NCBI GenBank assembly: GCA_950097015.1
Contig: CATNEN010000003.1
Location: 5,952,001-6,016,000, forward strand
Direction of reading: 5' to 3'
Length of the DNA stretch: 64,000 nucleotides
From: Macrostomum hystrix
Taxonomy: Eukaryota; Animalia; Platyhelminthes
Shown: one piece after another, positions 23,178 to 36,500 of the stretch
Position numbering within the stretch: position 1 is the first letter of the stretch
Layout: each line of letters starts with the position of its first letter
The notes under the pieces: model-generated
Seen by the model: only the letters and a program-made list of their open reading frames with translations
Database searches by the model: none
Told to the model about the DNA's origin: nothing
Translations under genes and position numbers: made by a program

Positions 23178-26087
23178 GAAGAAATAGCCGAAGTTGAAGG
23201 AACACTTATAGCAACCCTGTACGATTGCTGCTCAGCACTGGACAAGTCCGGATCGAAATTTCTGCTAGACATTGGCTGATAGAGCTTGCCAGCGGTTGTC
23301 AACGACGCTTCAACATTCTGTGCGTCATTGTCGTCTTCAAGGTCGTCAGTGTTGTCATTGTCAACGTCGTCTAGATCGCCCGGTGAATGACTGCGAAGCG
23401 ACGGTGGTGTTGGCGTCTGCTGATGCTGCTGCTGCTGCTGCTTTCTGACCAGCTCCATAGAGATTGGTGCCAGCGTAGGAATGGTCAGTGTGACACTGTC
23501 AGGGCACTCAAGCTTGTGCGCCTGCGAATGGTGTTGCGAAACCACGCTATTCTGAATTCTTTCAGCAACTCCTTTATATTCCTCACGTTCTAGTTTCCAC
23601 AGTATTACTCCGTGTCTATTTACTCTACATAAAGTATCTACTCGCTTTTATCCTTCTGTGTCTACCATCTCTACCTGAAGTGTCTACCATCTCTACCTGA
23701 AGTGTCTATCATCTCTACCTAGTAGTATCTACAATCTCTACCTGAAGTGTCTATCATCTCTACCTAGTAGTATCTACAATCTCTACCTGAAGTGTCTATC
23801 ATCTCTACCTAGTAGTATCTACAATCTCTACCTGAAGTGTCTATCATCTCTACCTACAGCATCTACCACCTCTACCTGAAGTGTCTACCACCTCTAACTA
23901 CAGTATCTACCATCTCTACCTACAGTATCTACCATTTCTGCCTACAGTATCTACCATCTCTACCTGAAGTCAGTGAAGTGTCTATTATCTCTACCTACAG
24001 TATCTACCATCTCTGCCTACAGTATCTACCATTTCTGCCTACAGTATCTACCATCTCTACCTGAATTGTCTAACATCTCTAACTACAGTATCTACCATCT
24101 CTTCTTACAGCATCTACCACGTCTACCTGAAGTGTCTACCATCTCTAACTACAGTATCTACCATCTCTGCCTACAGTATCTACCATTTCTGCCTACAGTA
24201 TCTACCATCTCTACCTGAATTGTCTAACATCTCTAACTACAGTATCTACCATCTCTTCTTACAGCATCTACCACGTCTACCTGAAGTGAAGTGTCTACCA
24301 TCTCTAACTACAGTATCTACCAGCCTACACCCACAGTTTTATATATTTACACCTGCTGTTTTACTTTTAAATTATAAGGACAATATTTTGTCCCCAAAGT
24401 TTTCGCGCATATTTAAATTTAGCAGTCAATCCTATGAAGGTCTGCAAACTGACCTGCAGCAGGGACATTAGCTGAGACTTTTTATTCAACAGCTCGGTAA
24501 TTTCGGCCTCCAATTCGCTGTTGTCAGTCTCCAGTCCGTTGGCCTCATCTGTCAGGCATTCAATCTGATCCTGGCGCTTCTTCCGACACTTGGCCGCGGC
24601 CACGCGATTCCGTTCGCGCCTCTTGGCCCGCCTGACCGACTCCTCGTTGTTCACCTGGGGGTCAGGTGTGGGGTAATGACTATAAGGCGTGGGTATTGAC
24701 GATAACGTATGGGGTAATGATTATAATGTGTGGGTAATGACGGTATTAGTGTGTGAAGTAATGACGATAATGTTTTGGCCCGTGGGTTAAGGAAAACAAA
24801 GTGTGGGGTAATGACAATAAGGCGTCGGGCAAATGGCTGGGGAAATGTCGTTAAGGTCTGGGGTAATGAGGGTAATGTGAGGACTGACGGGTAGTGGTGG
24901 TAACATCAACATGTAGGGTAGCAGATAGTGGTAACATGAGGGCTGTGGCAGTTGGGACAGGCCGGATGGAGTTAGTTAGGCCTACCTTTTCAGACTTTAA
25001 GCATCTCCTGCCTGTAGAAATAGTTGGCACCTGTTTCTTCTTTGACTCAGCTTTGGATTGCTTTGAATTGCTGTTAGAAACAGCAGCAGCAGCAGCAGTG
25101 GGAAGAGAGGAAGAGGCAGGGCTAGCAGGCTCTGAAATAACTGGCAGTGGCATTGGCTGCATTGTTGAATTAGCAGTCAAGGATGTGCTCACAGCTGTTG
25201 TGGTTGAGCAGACAGGCCTGACCATAGGGACTGGATCCAGACAACTTTCCATTTTAGTAAGTGGTGGCGGTTGTGGAAGCAGTTGCTGCAGAACTTGCTG
25301 CTGCTGCTGCTGCTGCTGCTGAGGCAGTGGCAGCGGTGACTGAGCAGCCATAATGATGTGGTGAGTGCCCGGGTTCGCTTGCAGCGGAGGCGGCTGTGGC
25401 TGCAGCGGAGGCGGCGGCGGAGTCGGCGCTTGAGCGTCGATGAGCTGAGCCAGCAGCTGCGGCTGCTGGCTGATGAGGTGCAGCTGGTCTCCGCGAATCA
25501 TGTAAGTCTGGCCGTTGCTGCCGGCAATGAGCTGGTAGGGGACGCCACCCAGGTTTCCTAGAAACTCCAGACCAGAGTCATGCTTCGAAACAGCGGATGC
25601 TAGGTGAATCTGGTGGTTTTGTTGCTGCAGTTGCTGCTGCTGCTGAATGATGTGATGCTGCTGCAGTTGATGGTGATGCTGCTGCTGCTGCTGATGCTGG
25701 GCGATGGTTGCCTGAGGCAGGGTGCAGTAAGACACCATTGGTGCGGCTGTAAGTGCAGTTTGAAAACTACCAACAGCTCCGCCAGGCAGCTGGAGTTGCT
25801 GAGTCATGGACTGCTGATGGTGCTGACCGATTCCCGGTGGAGCAGTTAGCTGGATGATGCTGTTACCATTGGCATTGGAGGTGACCACAAAGTTGCCAGG
25901 TACTGTGGTGGCTGCTACACCGGCTGCTGTGGCGGCGCTGCCATTGGCCGAGTAGATAGGCTAGTTGATAGAAAAAAAATACCCTCGAGCATCAGGATCA
26001 CGAAATTAAAAAATAAAAGACATGTTACAGACTTTAGAATTCACAATTGCCCAAGTTACTTACAACATGATGCACCATTGCAGACAT
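22913..26087 (-). CDS. fos: Fos-family bZIP transcription factor with polyQ tracts, about 602 aa, 4 exons
   Basis: Exons 26087-26064, 25960-24986, 24654-24454 and 23521-22913 (1809 nt, all phase 0). GRR..K motif, basic region RRERNRVAAAKCRKKR, 5-heptad zipper and post-zipper AH..EC, as in Fos proteins. Confidence 0.8.
23620..24330. repeat. About 22-bp minisatellite (TCTACCATCTCTACCTACAGTA/GAAGTG)n in Fos intron 3
   Basis: Direct tandem copies. Confidence 0.92.
24665..24900. repeat. Degenerate GTGGGTAATGAC tandem repeat in Fos intron 2
   Basis: Several diverged copies. Confidence 0.6.
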
Positions 26088-27469
26088 GCTTTTTGTTGTT
26101 TTCGACCGATTGCACAGATTAACTCTTATCTAGCTGCCTGGCTTTAATTAATAGTCTTTGTTGGCTAATTTTAACATTAAGATGAAAATGTAATGCTTTG
26201 TTTAATGCAAAAACGGCCGCAAAAATATATCCTGCAAGCAGAGGCACGCTGACAGTAAACTAAATGAACCTCTACAATGAGAGAAAGCCAGATTAAATAC
26301 GACAAGCACGTGAGGGGAGGGTCCTGAATCGGGGTCTCCGCTTTGGGCCAAATATAAAATCTAGAACACCCACCCCATTCCCATTCCCCAGCGAAGTGAA
26401 GGCTTGGTAAGGAATTTGATAAGGCAGGGTAGGGTGGGCTTTAAGTGGTGTCCTCTGGGCTTTTTAGACTATGTACATTAACTCTTTAGAGGGTCTTTCT
26501 AAGTCTAGCCCTGTGTACATTCTTTATGGGTGGGGGTGTGTGCCAATAGGCTTTGGGCAGGCCGTGGCGCGTACAACGGGGGCTCTGCAGAAAACAGGAC
26601 AGACCTATTCCTATAGCTATTGGACTGTCTCGATCGATAATAAAATATTCAACTCCTCTCGTCTTTCTCTCCCTTAGTCCCAGTGGCAGTGGTCCCTGTC
26701 TCCTCTCCTTGTTTCTCCTCCTCATCTTTGTCTTCTTATACTGCTTATAGTGTCCATATATAATAAAATACAGACCAACCTCACTCACTCACTGAACTTT
26801 ATGTTTTGCTGTTTGGCTCCTACTACTTCAGATAGGACGGTGGAAGTCGTGCTAGAGAAGAAAACGTTCTATAACTTCTCATATAGGAAGTCTTTGTCCA
26901 CGTGGGCGTTGATTCATAATAATTTCGAGTTGAGTCATCCCTTTGATTTTTATGAAATATAAGTATCGGACAGTTTATTAGCGTATCACGGTAAAGCAGT
27001 AACTTTCTTTTCAGATGTGGCCATTGCCCATTATATTTAGTTTACTGTAAGACTTAAGATTTCATTACATTCAGTGGGTGCACTTTTAGCTTATGTAAAC
27101 AATGTTTTATATCCACATAAAGGATATCAGAATAACGGATAGGTTGCGGAAATAAGAAAGTGATATTTCGAGTTAAGCTCTAGATTAGATATAAGTATAT
27201 TGATAACAGTTTCGTGTGGTATGTTACGAGTATCAATTTTTTAGCTACAATCTAAAGTATTTCCGTTCTATACAAAATAATACAACACATCTATTAGAAT
27301 TTACTATTGAATTCCTCGTATAGTTTTCTCATTTTTTACTGATCATACTACTCACATCAGTAGACACAATGACATCATATGCTAACACTATAACACTATA
27401 TCATCTCACGATTAACTTTTTGAAATTAAGATAAATGACAGATCGTGAAAGCAGAAGTCTGCATTCTAA

Positions 27470-27672
27470 GATTCCACTGGTTCGATACCCGACTACACAG
27501 GAACAATTTGTGTACTTTAGGAAGACACTTAAATATGCATTGCTTTGGAATTGGGTGTGGTGTCCCCCAGTCCATGGACTGAACAGTCGTACGCAGCCTT
27601 CAGATGCGCCGCGTATTAGCTGCGGCTGTGCTGTCGGCAGCACACGTGCCTAATTGGGGCAGGTGTAATTAA
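27470..27672 (+). mobile_element. SINE family A
   Basis: GGTTCGATACCC B box, CCCCAGTCCATGGACTGAACAG, and the 3' end GGGCAGGTGTAAT. Confidence 0.82.
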
Positions 27673-28177
27673 CTATTCAATTTGATAAATAAAACATAAT
27701 AACATCACAATAAGTTGACGATTTCAGCTTGCTTGCAAATAGACTTTTATCATACAATATAAGTATAAAAGTGTAATCGCGAGGTTCACCAGACAAAATT
27801 ATATTAAAGAAAACACGATTTACACACGTGTACCACGAAGTATATTTTAGTAATTTTAAACTTTGAAGAAAAAAGCACAAAGTAGGTTTCATAGAGGAAT
27901 CATAGCATACTATAAAATAGAGTAGTGTACGATACGACAATTACCTTGCTTGTGACACACATGTTGCTAAAAGTTATAAACAATAAGAGAAGAAAATGGA
28001 AAAAAAATATATTAAAATTGGAAATCAGAATGATAAAATTCCCAGCCAAATTTTCAAAGAAAGCCATAATAAGTGCTACTAATTATTAGTACTTACTCCA
28101 GTAGAAGAAATATCTGTCCTGACCGTTAATTAAACAAACCCGGTAGTTAGTCCTCGCCGGTCGTCCACGCCGGTTCG

Positions 28178-29926
28178 TCATATTTTACGATGCATCCTAA
28201 ACGAAACAACAGCATTCGATTCGAGAAATATTCGAACAATCGACAGTTTCGGAATCGCCATCGAATGACCGCACAGCAAGTTCTGCTGGAGATAAGCAAA
28301 GCTAGGAAATGGTAGCGTAGTACGCGTAGCTAGAACATCGGTAGACACTGACATCAGCCATTCTTTTGCATCGCTGTAAGCGAGAAAAAATCCAAAGCCG
28401 AGACTAACCAGTCGTACTAAGTTTGTCTTCGGCTCTTGACTCGGTTGATCAGGAGACCAGAGCAGATTCAGATTGTTGCAAGTAAGTCCCATCAAATACA
28501 CGGACTCTTTGTTCATCACGACCAGTCGGCGACCGACCACTGCGATGTCGACAACATTTTCTACTGGAAGCTGAGAGCGCTCTTGAACTTCCAGTGTCTC
28601 CGAAGACAGGCACAAAAGTTTTGAGTTGCTACCGAGAACGAATATTTTGCTGGCACAGCCCGTTACTCGCAAAGGGTGCTCAAATTGGAGTAAGCACACA
28701 GTGTGGAGCACTGAGCCAGCCAAATCTGTCACCACTAGGTTTGAATTAACTAACAACAAATAGAACTGCTGTTGTTTGTCGCTACAGTAAGACGACATCA
28801 GGTCAGATAGGTGTGACACTTCCCATTCGGCGATGTGGCGAGGCTCTCCGCTTGTGTAAAAATAAGCCGAACAATGATCTTTGGAACGGTTTTTACCAAA
28901 AACGACTAAAACGGAAGGCAATGTTGCACTTTGTGAGTCGCATATCTTGGAGATTTTACCTTCTCTAATGTAAAATCCTCTGGTATTACTGCATACGAAC
29001 ATCGCATGAGGAACTGGAGTGTAAGAATCATGAAGATGCACTTTTTGGGTAACCAAATTGTTTAGAATCTGACGGGCACAGTCAGAGCTAGTTGAAGCTT
29101 TTGATAGCTCATCCACAGCTGCCTTAATATTACTATAAAAGCGCTCCAACCGTTCGACGGTAGTGTCAGGCGGGCCTGGCCACTGCTCATCAATGTGAAT
29201 TTCACACAGAGCCAACTGCAGCTTTGCGCTCAACTGCGAGAGCAACTTTTTTCTGCCGGATTCTTTTGCATTATTTATTTCCGTTAGCAACGCTTCAATC
29301 GATGCAGATGAGCTAGCATCTTCTTGAAGCTTTCCAATGGCACTGTCCATTTTCTCCAGTGTACTGTCACGGCACTCTTGTAACATATCAATCATATCGC
29401 TGAACAAGTCCGCAGCGTCCGACCTGTCCGAAATCAAATCGTGCAGAGCGGCTTTTTTGCTTTTTATCTGCTCCATTAGAGGTAAAAATCGTTTCTTCAT
29501 CTGGTCCGTAAGAAACTTCATCCTGGTGTCAAAGTATTCCGAATCGCTCTGCAAGTGTCGTTCGCACAGGCGTCCTTCGAATTCGAGTCCACAGCCAGCA
29601 GCAGCTTTGTCACAGCCCGGCACGCTGCAGGTGTCCGCAGGTTCGACTGCATGAGGCTTACCGCCAGTAGCTCGCTGAACAAGCATAGCCATAATCGAGT
29701 CTGGCTTCAATTCGGAACCGTACGCGCAAAATCCTTGATGGCAAAGCGGGCATTCACGAACGGACTTCAGCTGGTCAGTAGCTGGGTGCTTCTTATCTTT
29801 CTGTTTCTGGTTCATAAAGCACTGCCTGCAGAGGATGTCACCACAGGGCAGCTGGCAGGGCTCAGTGAAGATCTGGCGACAATGACCGCAGCGGATCAGA
29901 TCCGAAACATCAACTGCTGTCGCCAT
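28178..29926 (-). CDS. TRIM-like RING / B-box-like / coiled-coil protein with a probable C-terminal beta-propeller, intronless, 582 aa
   Basis: CGHC...PCGDILCRQC...CPLC RING, C..C....C...C..H zinc knuckle, long heptad region, then a beta-rich repeat region. Confidence 0.8.
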   Translation of the reverse strand: MATAVDVSDLIRCGHCRQIFTEPCQLPCGDILCRQCFMNQKQKDKKHPATDQLKSVRECPLCHQGFCAYGSELKPDSIMAMLVQRATGGKPHAVEPADTCSVPGCDKAAAGCGLEFEGRLCERHLQSDSEYFDTRMKFLTDQMKKRFLPLMEQIKSKKAALHDLISDRSDAADLFSDMIDMLQECRDSTLEKMDSAIGKLQEDASSSASIEALLTEINNAKESGRKKLLSQLSAKLQLALCEIHIDEQWPGPPDTTVERLERFYSNIKAAVDELSKASTSSDCARQILNNLVTQKVHLHDSYTPVPHAMFVCSNTRGFYIREGKISKICDSQSATLPSVLVVFGKNRSKDHCSAYFYTSGEPRHIAEWEVSHLSDLMSSYCSDKQQQFYLLLVNSNLVVTDLAGSVLHTVCLLQFEHPLRVTGCASKIFVLGSNSKLLCLSSETLEVQERSQLPVENVVDIAVVGRRLVVMNKESVYLMGLTCNNLNLLWSPDQPSQEPKTNLVRLVSLGFGFFLAYSDAKEWLMSVSTDVLATRTTLPFPSFAYLQQNLLCGHSMAIPKLSIVRIFLESNAVVSFRMHRKI

Positions 29927-30012
29927 TGAGGGGGCCGCTGAAATGCAAACAATGAAACGTACTTCACGATTGATCTGCTAAGTCTACAATTATCAAGGCA
30001 TTGTTCAGTAAG

Positions 30013-30240
30013 GGGGTAGTAGCCTAGTGGTCAGGGCGTCGGACTCATAACTTAAAGTTTGGGGTTCGATTCCCGACTCCACTGGACAATTTGTGTCCTT
30101 TAGTAAGACACTTTACTCTGCATTGCTTGAGTTCACCCAGCTGTTAAATGGGTACCAGCATTAGCTGGGGTAATTGTGGGTGGGTGTGGCGTCCCCCCAG
30201 TCCTTGGACTGAACAGCCGTGCGCAGCCTTCATATGAGCC
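30013..30240 (+). mobile_element. SINE family A, best-preserved tRNA head
   Basis: A box TAGCCTAGTGG, anticodon-like loop CTCATAA, B box GGTTCGATTCC, then CORE-like GTGTCCTTTAGTAAGACACTT...CTGTTAAATGGG. Confidence 0.88.
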
Positions 30241-30595
30241 GAATAGATTTGCACGCAAAATAACACATGTGAATTTCTCGAATGTGTCCGAGTATGATTC
30301 CAAAATGGCGACTCGTGAAAAAATGGACAAAGACCCACAGTTAGACTTTATATTTCTTATTCAATAATAAATACTAATTTGTTACGCGGTTCTAATAAGT
30401 AATTTGAACGCAATTAAAGAGTTCTTTGTTCAATAAACTTAGAAATTAAGCAGAGGACAATAAGAAAAAACATAACCTAAGTTCATTTATTAAGGTTATT
30501 TATATCATATTATTTTATTCCACTAACCCCGAAAAGATCCTATAATATACTTATAATCACTAGTCAAGCAAACAGTTTCATATGTCAAAAGCGAA

Positions 30596-33500
30596 TCACA
30601 AGCCCAAAGGATTTTCTTGAACAACGCCGCCATGGTCGCACACAACTTTGGAAATGTCTTTGGACAGTTCAATGCTGGTCTGTGTCCGGCCCGACTTGAG
30701 CTGGCCAAGGTTGAATAGAATCCAGTCAGCACTCTGAAATCAGCAAAATTTATTTCATGAATATGATAATCACTCTTGTTTCACAACTTTTATCCCTCTT
30801 GTCGAATAACTCCCGCGTCTGATCTTACCGCGTCTCATCTAACCCGTGCCACACCTTTCCCGTGTCTCACTTTCCCGTGTCTCATCTCTCCCGCGTCTCA
30901 TCTCTCCGGTGTCCCATCTCTTTTGCGTCTTATCTCTCCTGCGTTTTATCTCTCGCGGGTCTTATATCTCTCGTGTCTTATCTCTCCCGCGTCTCATCTC
31001 TCCCATGCCACACCTTACCCGTGTCTCATCTCTCCCATTGTCTCAGTTGTCTCATCTTACTGCGTCTCATCTCTCCCGTGCCTCACCTTTCCCGTGTCCC
31101 ATCTCTCCTGTGTCTTATCTCTCCTGTGTCTTATCTCTCCCGCGTCTCATCTCTCCGGTGTCCCATCTCTAGTGCGTCTTATCTCTCTCGTGCCTTATCT
31201 CTCTCGTGTCTTTTCTCTCCCGTGTCTTATCTCTCCCGTGTCTTATCTCTCTCGTGTCTTATCTCTCTCGTGTCTTATCTCTCTCGTGTCTTATCTCTCC
31301 CGCGTCTCATCTCTCCGGTGTCCCATCTCTAGTGCGTCTTATCTCTCTCGTGTCTTATCTCTCTCGTGTCTTATCTCTCCGGTGTCCCATCTATAGTGCG
31401 TCTGATCTTACCGCATCTCATCTCTCCCATGCCACACCTTACCCGTGTCTCATCTCTCCCATTGTCTCAGTTGTCTCATCTTACTGCGTCTTATCTCTCC
31501 CGTGCCTCACCTTTCCCGTGTTTCATCTCTCCTGCGTCTTATCTCCCCCACGTCTCATCTCTCTGGTGTCCCATCTCTAGCGCGTCTGATCTCTCCCGTG
31601 CCTCATCTCTCCGCTGTCTTATCACTATCCCAGTCTTATCTACCCGAATTGAATACACAAGTAGTCAGGAAGCCAAAGCATTAAAAGTGACAAGCCGACC
31701 TCATTGCACAGGTACTGAGCAAGGCGAGCTTCGTATTCAGCCGTGGCAGCCCCGGACCTCAGGCTTTGGTCGGCCCTAGCCAAGGTGGCAGCCATTGCGT
31801 AGGCATGCATCGCACCTTCGGCCAGACGATTCAATTCGTGCTGCTTTCCAATCACAGCCTTCTTTTGCTTCATCACAATGTCCTGCAGAACAGCAGTCGG
31901 GGGGACCACCGAATGGTTATGTGCCAGCGAGGATCAAAATGATGATGATATGAACCTTTACCGTGTTTTTTATCGAACGAGGCACATCCTACAGGGAGAG
32001 GTTTAGACATTCGGACGTCCGAACTACAGGTCGGGAGTTAGAATTTCATCTCTTAATTTCCTAGAAACGTGGGTACTATTAATAATTGAACTAACAAAAT
32101 TGATTACACCTGCCCAAATTGGGCCAGATGTGCAGCCGACAGCACAGCCGCAGCTATTGCGCGGCGCATCTGAAGGCTGCGTACGGCTGTTCAGTCCATG
32201 GACTGGGGAGATGCCACACCAGCCCTCAATTAGAAGCCAAATGACAAGTCATCAAACACACCTGATTGGTATTAGTTGAATAATAAGAAACAAAAGCAAG
32301 AAATCACACCTGAACGGCTTGTCCGAGTTCGCCAGCAGTCTGACCCAACAGTTCTCCTGAGGTCTTCAGATCGGGATGAAGCTTACTAAGCAGGGCTCCG
32401 GTATCTGGCGAGGCGCTAGATCCTAGGCCAATCTTTCTGAATCCCATAGACATTAGAGCCGACGGGTTGCTAAGTGGATTCTTGGAAAGCTCCTGCAGCT
32501 GCTTGCCAGCATATTGTACGCCGAGCAGGGTGAAGAACAGCCGCAGGATGTCGTTGGTGCCTTCGAAGATGCGAAAGATTCGCAGATCGCGCATAACTCG
32601 CTCAAGCCCAGTTTGACGCATGTAGCCCATGCCGCCTGTCACCTGGAGCGATTCAGTGGGTCAGGCTGGGATGTAGATATGGGTCAGGCTGAGATGAAGA
32701 TATGGGTCAGGCTGGGATGAAGATATGGGTCAGGCTGGGATGTAGATATGGGTCAGGCTTGGATGTAGATATGGGTCAGGCTGGGGTGTAGATATTGGTC
32801 AGGCTGGGATGTAGATATTGGTCAGGCTGGGATGTAGATGGGTCAGGCTGGGGTGTAGATATGGGTCAGGCTGGGATGTAGATATGGGTCAGGCTGGGAT
32901 GTAGATATTGGTCAGGCTGGGATGTAGATATGGGTCAGGCTGGGATGTAGATATGGGTCAGGCTGGGGTGTAGATATTGGTCAGGCTGGGATGTAGATAT
33001 GGGTCAGGCTGGGATGTAGATATGGGTCAGGCTGGGATGTAGATATGGGTCAGGCTGGGATGTATGATATGTCTGGCTGGAATGTAGATGAGTCAGGCTG
33101 TGATGAAGATGGGTCAGGCTGGGATGAAGATGGATAAGGCTGTGATGTAGATGTGTCAGTCTTGGATGTAGATGGGTCAGGCTAGGAATTAGGCAGGTCA
33201 GGCCTGGATCAAGCACTGTCATGACAATGTTCATGATTGACACGTTAATCAATAAACCCCCTAACCTGAATGGCTTCATCGGCACAGTACCATGCAGCCT
33301 CAGAGCCGTAGACTTTGCTGATTGCGGCTTCGGCTTGGAATTCAGCCACGCCAGAGTCCATCAGGCCGCTGACCAGATAGGCCATGGACTCGGTGGCATA
33401 GTGCCTTGCAGCCATTCTAGCCAGTTTCTCTTGAATAGCACCGTAGGTGGAGATCTTCGACCCGAACTGAAGGCGACCGGCGGCATGCTCCGAAGCCTTG

Positions 33501-36500
33501 GCGATGCAGGCCCTCATAGTTCCAGATAGGGCAGCGGCCATACCGAATCTGCCATTGTTCAGCACATTCATGGCCACTTTGAATCCGTTGCCAACACCGC
33601 CGAGAACATTTTCAACTGGTATGGGAGTGTCTTCAAAGAAGATTGCCGCCGTGTTGCTGCATTTTATTCCCATCTTCTTCTCCGGTGGGCCGCTGAGTGG
33701 GATTTATTGACGGTCATGGAGTCATACAATTAGGTCATTTGGGTGGTCATAAGAGTAATTCGATGATGAGGGTCATAGAGTCATTTGGTGACGAAGGGTC
33801 ATCCAGTCATTTGGTGACGAAGGGTCATCCAGTCATTTGGTGACGAAGGGTCATTCAGTCATTTGGTGATGAGGGTCATCCAGTCATTTGGTGACGAAGG
33901 GTCATCCAGTCATTTGGTGGTCATCCAGTCATTTGGTGACGAAGGGTCATTCAGTCATTTTGTGACGAAGGGTCATCCAGTCATTTGGTGACGAAGGGTC
34001 ATCCAGTCATTTCGTGACGAAGGCTAATCCAGTCATTTCGTGACGAAGGGTCATTCAGTCATTTGGTGACGAAGGGTCATCCAGTCATTTCGTGACGAAG
34101 GGTCATCCAGTCATTTGGTGACGAAGGGTAATCCAGTCATTTGGTGACGAAGGGTCATCCAGTCATTTTGTGACGAAGGGTCATCCAGTCATCTGGTGAC
34201 GAAGGGTCATTCAGTCATTTGGTGATGAGGGTCATCCAGTCATTTGGTGACGAAGGGTCATCCAGTCATTTGGTGACGAAGGGTCATCCAGTCATTTGGT
34301 GACGAAGGGTCATCCAGTCATTTCGTGACGAAGGGTCATCCAGTCATTTGGTGACGAAGGGTCATCCAGTCATCTGGTGACGAAGGGTCATTCAGTCATT
34401 TGGTGACGAAGGGTCATCCAGTCATTTGGTGACGAAGGGTCATCCAGTCATTTCGTGACGAAGGGTCATCCGGTCATTTGGTGACGAAGGGTCATCCAGT
34501 CATCTGGTGACGAAGGGTCATTCAGTCATTTGGTGATGAGGGTCATCCAGTCATTTGGTGACGAAGGGTCATCCAGTCATTTGGTGACGAAGGGTCATCC
34601 AGTCATTTTGTGACGAAGGGTCATCCAGTTATTTCGTGACGAAGGGTAATCCAGTCATTTGGTGACGAAGGGTCATCCAGTCATTTGGTGACGAAGGGTC
34701 ATCCAGTCATTTCGTGACGAAGGGTCATCCAGTCATTTGGTGACGAAGGGTCATCCAGTCATCTGGTGACGAAGGGTCATTCAGTCATTTGGTGACGAAG
34801 GGTCATCCAGTCATTTGGTGACGAAGGGTCATCCAGTCATTTCGTGACGAAGGGTCATCCGGTCATTTGGTGACGAAGGGTCATCCAGTCATCTGGTGAC
34901 GAAGGGTCATTCAGTCATTTGGTGATGAGGGTCATCCAGTCATTTGGTGACGAAGGGTCATCCAGTCATTTGGTGACGAAGGGTCATCCAGTCATTTTGT
35001 GACGAAGGGTCATCCAGTTATTTCGTGACGAAGGGTAATCCAGTCATTTGGTGACGAAGGGTCATCCAGTCATTTGGTGACGAAGGGTCATCCAGTCATT
35101 TCGTGACGAAGGGTCATCCAGTCATTTGGTGACGAAGGGTCATCCAGTCATCTGGTGACGAAGGGTCATTCAGTCATTTGGTGACGAAGGGTCATCCAGT
35201 CATTTGGTGACGAAGGGTCATCCAGTCATTTCGTGACGAAGGGTCATCCGGTCATTTGGTGACGAAGGGTCATCCAGTCATCTGGTGACGAAGGGTCATT
35301 CAGTCATTTGGTGATGAGGGTCATCCAGTCATTTGGTGACGAAGGGTCATCCAGTCATTTGGTGACGAAGGGTCATCCAGTCATTTTGTGACGAAGGGTC
35401 ATCCAGTTATTTCGTGACGAAGGGTAATCCAGTCATTTGGTGACGAAGGGTCATTCAGTCATTTGGTGACGAAGGGTCATCCAGTCATTTCGTGACGAAG
35501 GGTCATCCAGTCATTTGGTGACGAAAGGTCATCCAGTCATTTGGTGACGAAGGGTCATCCAGTCATCTGGTGACGAAGGGTCATTCAGTCATTTGGTGAT
35601 GAGGGTCATCCAGTGATTTGGTGACGAAGGGTCATCCAGTCATTTGGTGACGAAGGGTCATCCAGTCATTTGGTGACGAAGGGTCATCCAGTCATTTGGT
35701 GACGAAGGGTTTTCCAGTCATTTTGTGACGAAGGGTCATCCAGTCATTTGGTGACGAAGGGTCATCCAGTCATTTCGTGACGAAGGGTAATCCAGTCATT
35801 TGGTGACGAAGGGTCATTCAGTCATTTGGTGACGAAGGGTCATCCAGTCATTTCGTGACGAAGGGTCATCTAGTCATTTGGTGACGAAAGGTCATCCAGT
35901 CATTTGGTGACGAAGGGTCATCCAGTCATCTGGTGACGAAGGGTCATTCAGTCATTTGGTGATGAGGGTCATCCAGTCATTTGGTGACGAAGGGTAATCC
36001 AGTCATTTGGTGACGAAGGGTCATTCAGTCATTTGGTGACGAAGGGTCATTCAGACCCTTAAAATGGGTCTGAAGATTAAGATTTAATCTGGTTAAATTA
36101 GTTTTAACTAACATAATTAATTGAACCATAAGATTTAAAATGGTTAAATTAGTATTCATATACTACTCTAGATTAAGTAGTTTTGCGCAAAATACATGAC
36201 TTATTATTATAAGTATGTGAAAAGCGAATATCTTCACTGACTGCATGTGAATTTTTCGGTAACGAATAGCTAAAGCTTATTTTTCTGAATATTTTAAAGT
36301 TCTTATCACCTATTTGAGTGCACAAAATCTGCGGACTGGCCAACTGAAAACAGACACCTAGGCTAGTAAAATGCGACCTTTTTTTAAACCATGACAAATT
36401 ATTTAGCTAAGCTAAAATAAACCTTTGAACTTTGTAACCATATGTTAGCCTTTGTAACATTAATAGGCTAGAGAATTGAAAAATTGAAATCTGAAAATGA

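Noticed and set aside
26189-26830. Possible second solo LTR (CT-rich tract, AATAAA, ends in CA)
   Set aside because: No matching TG start with a target-site duplication was found.
30013-30085. tRNA-Met gene
   Set aside because: The anticodon stem does not pair and the sequence runs straight into the SINE body.
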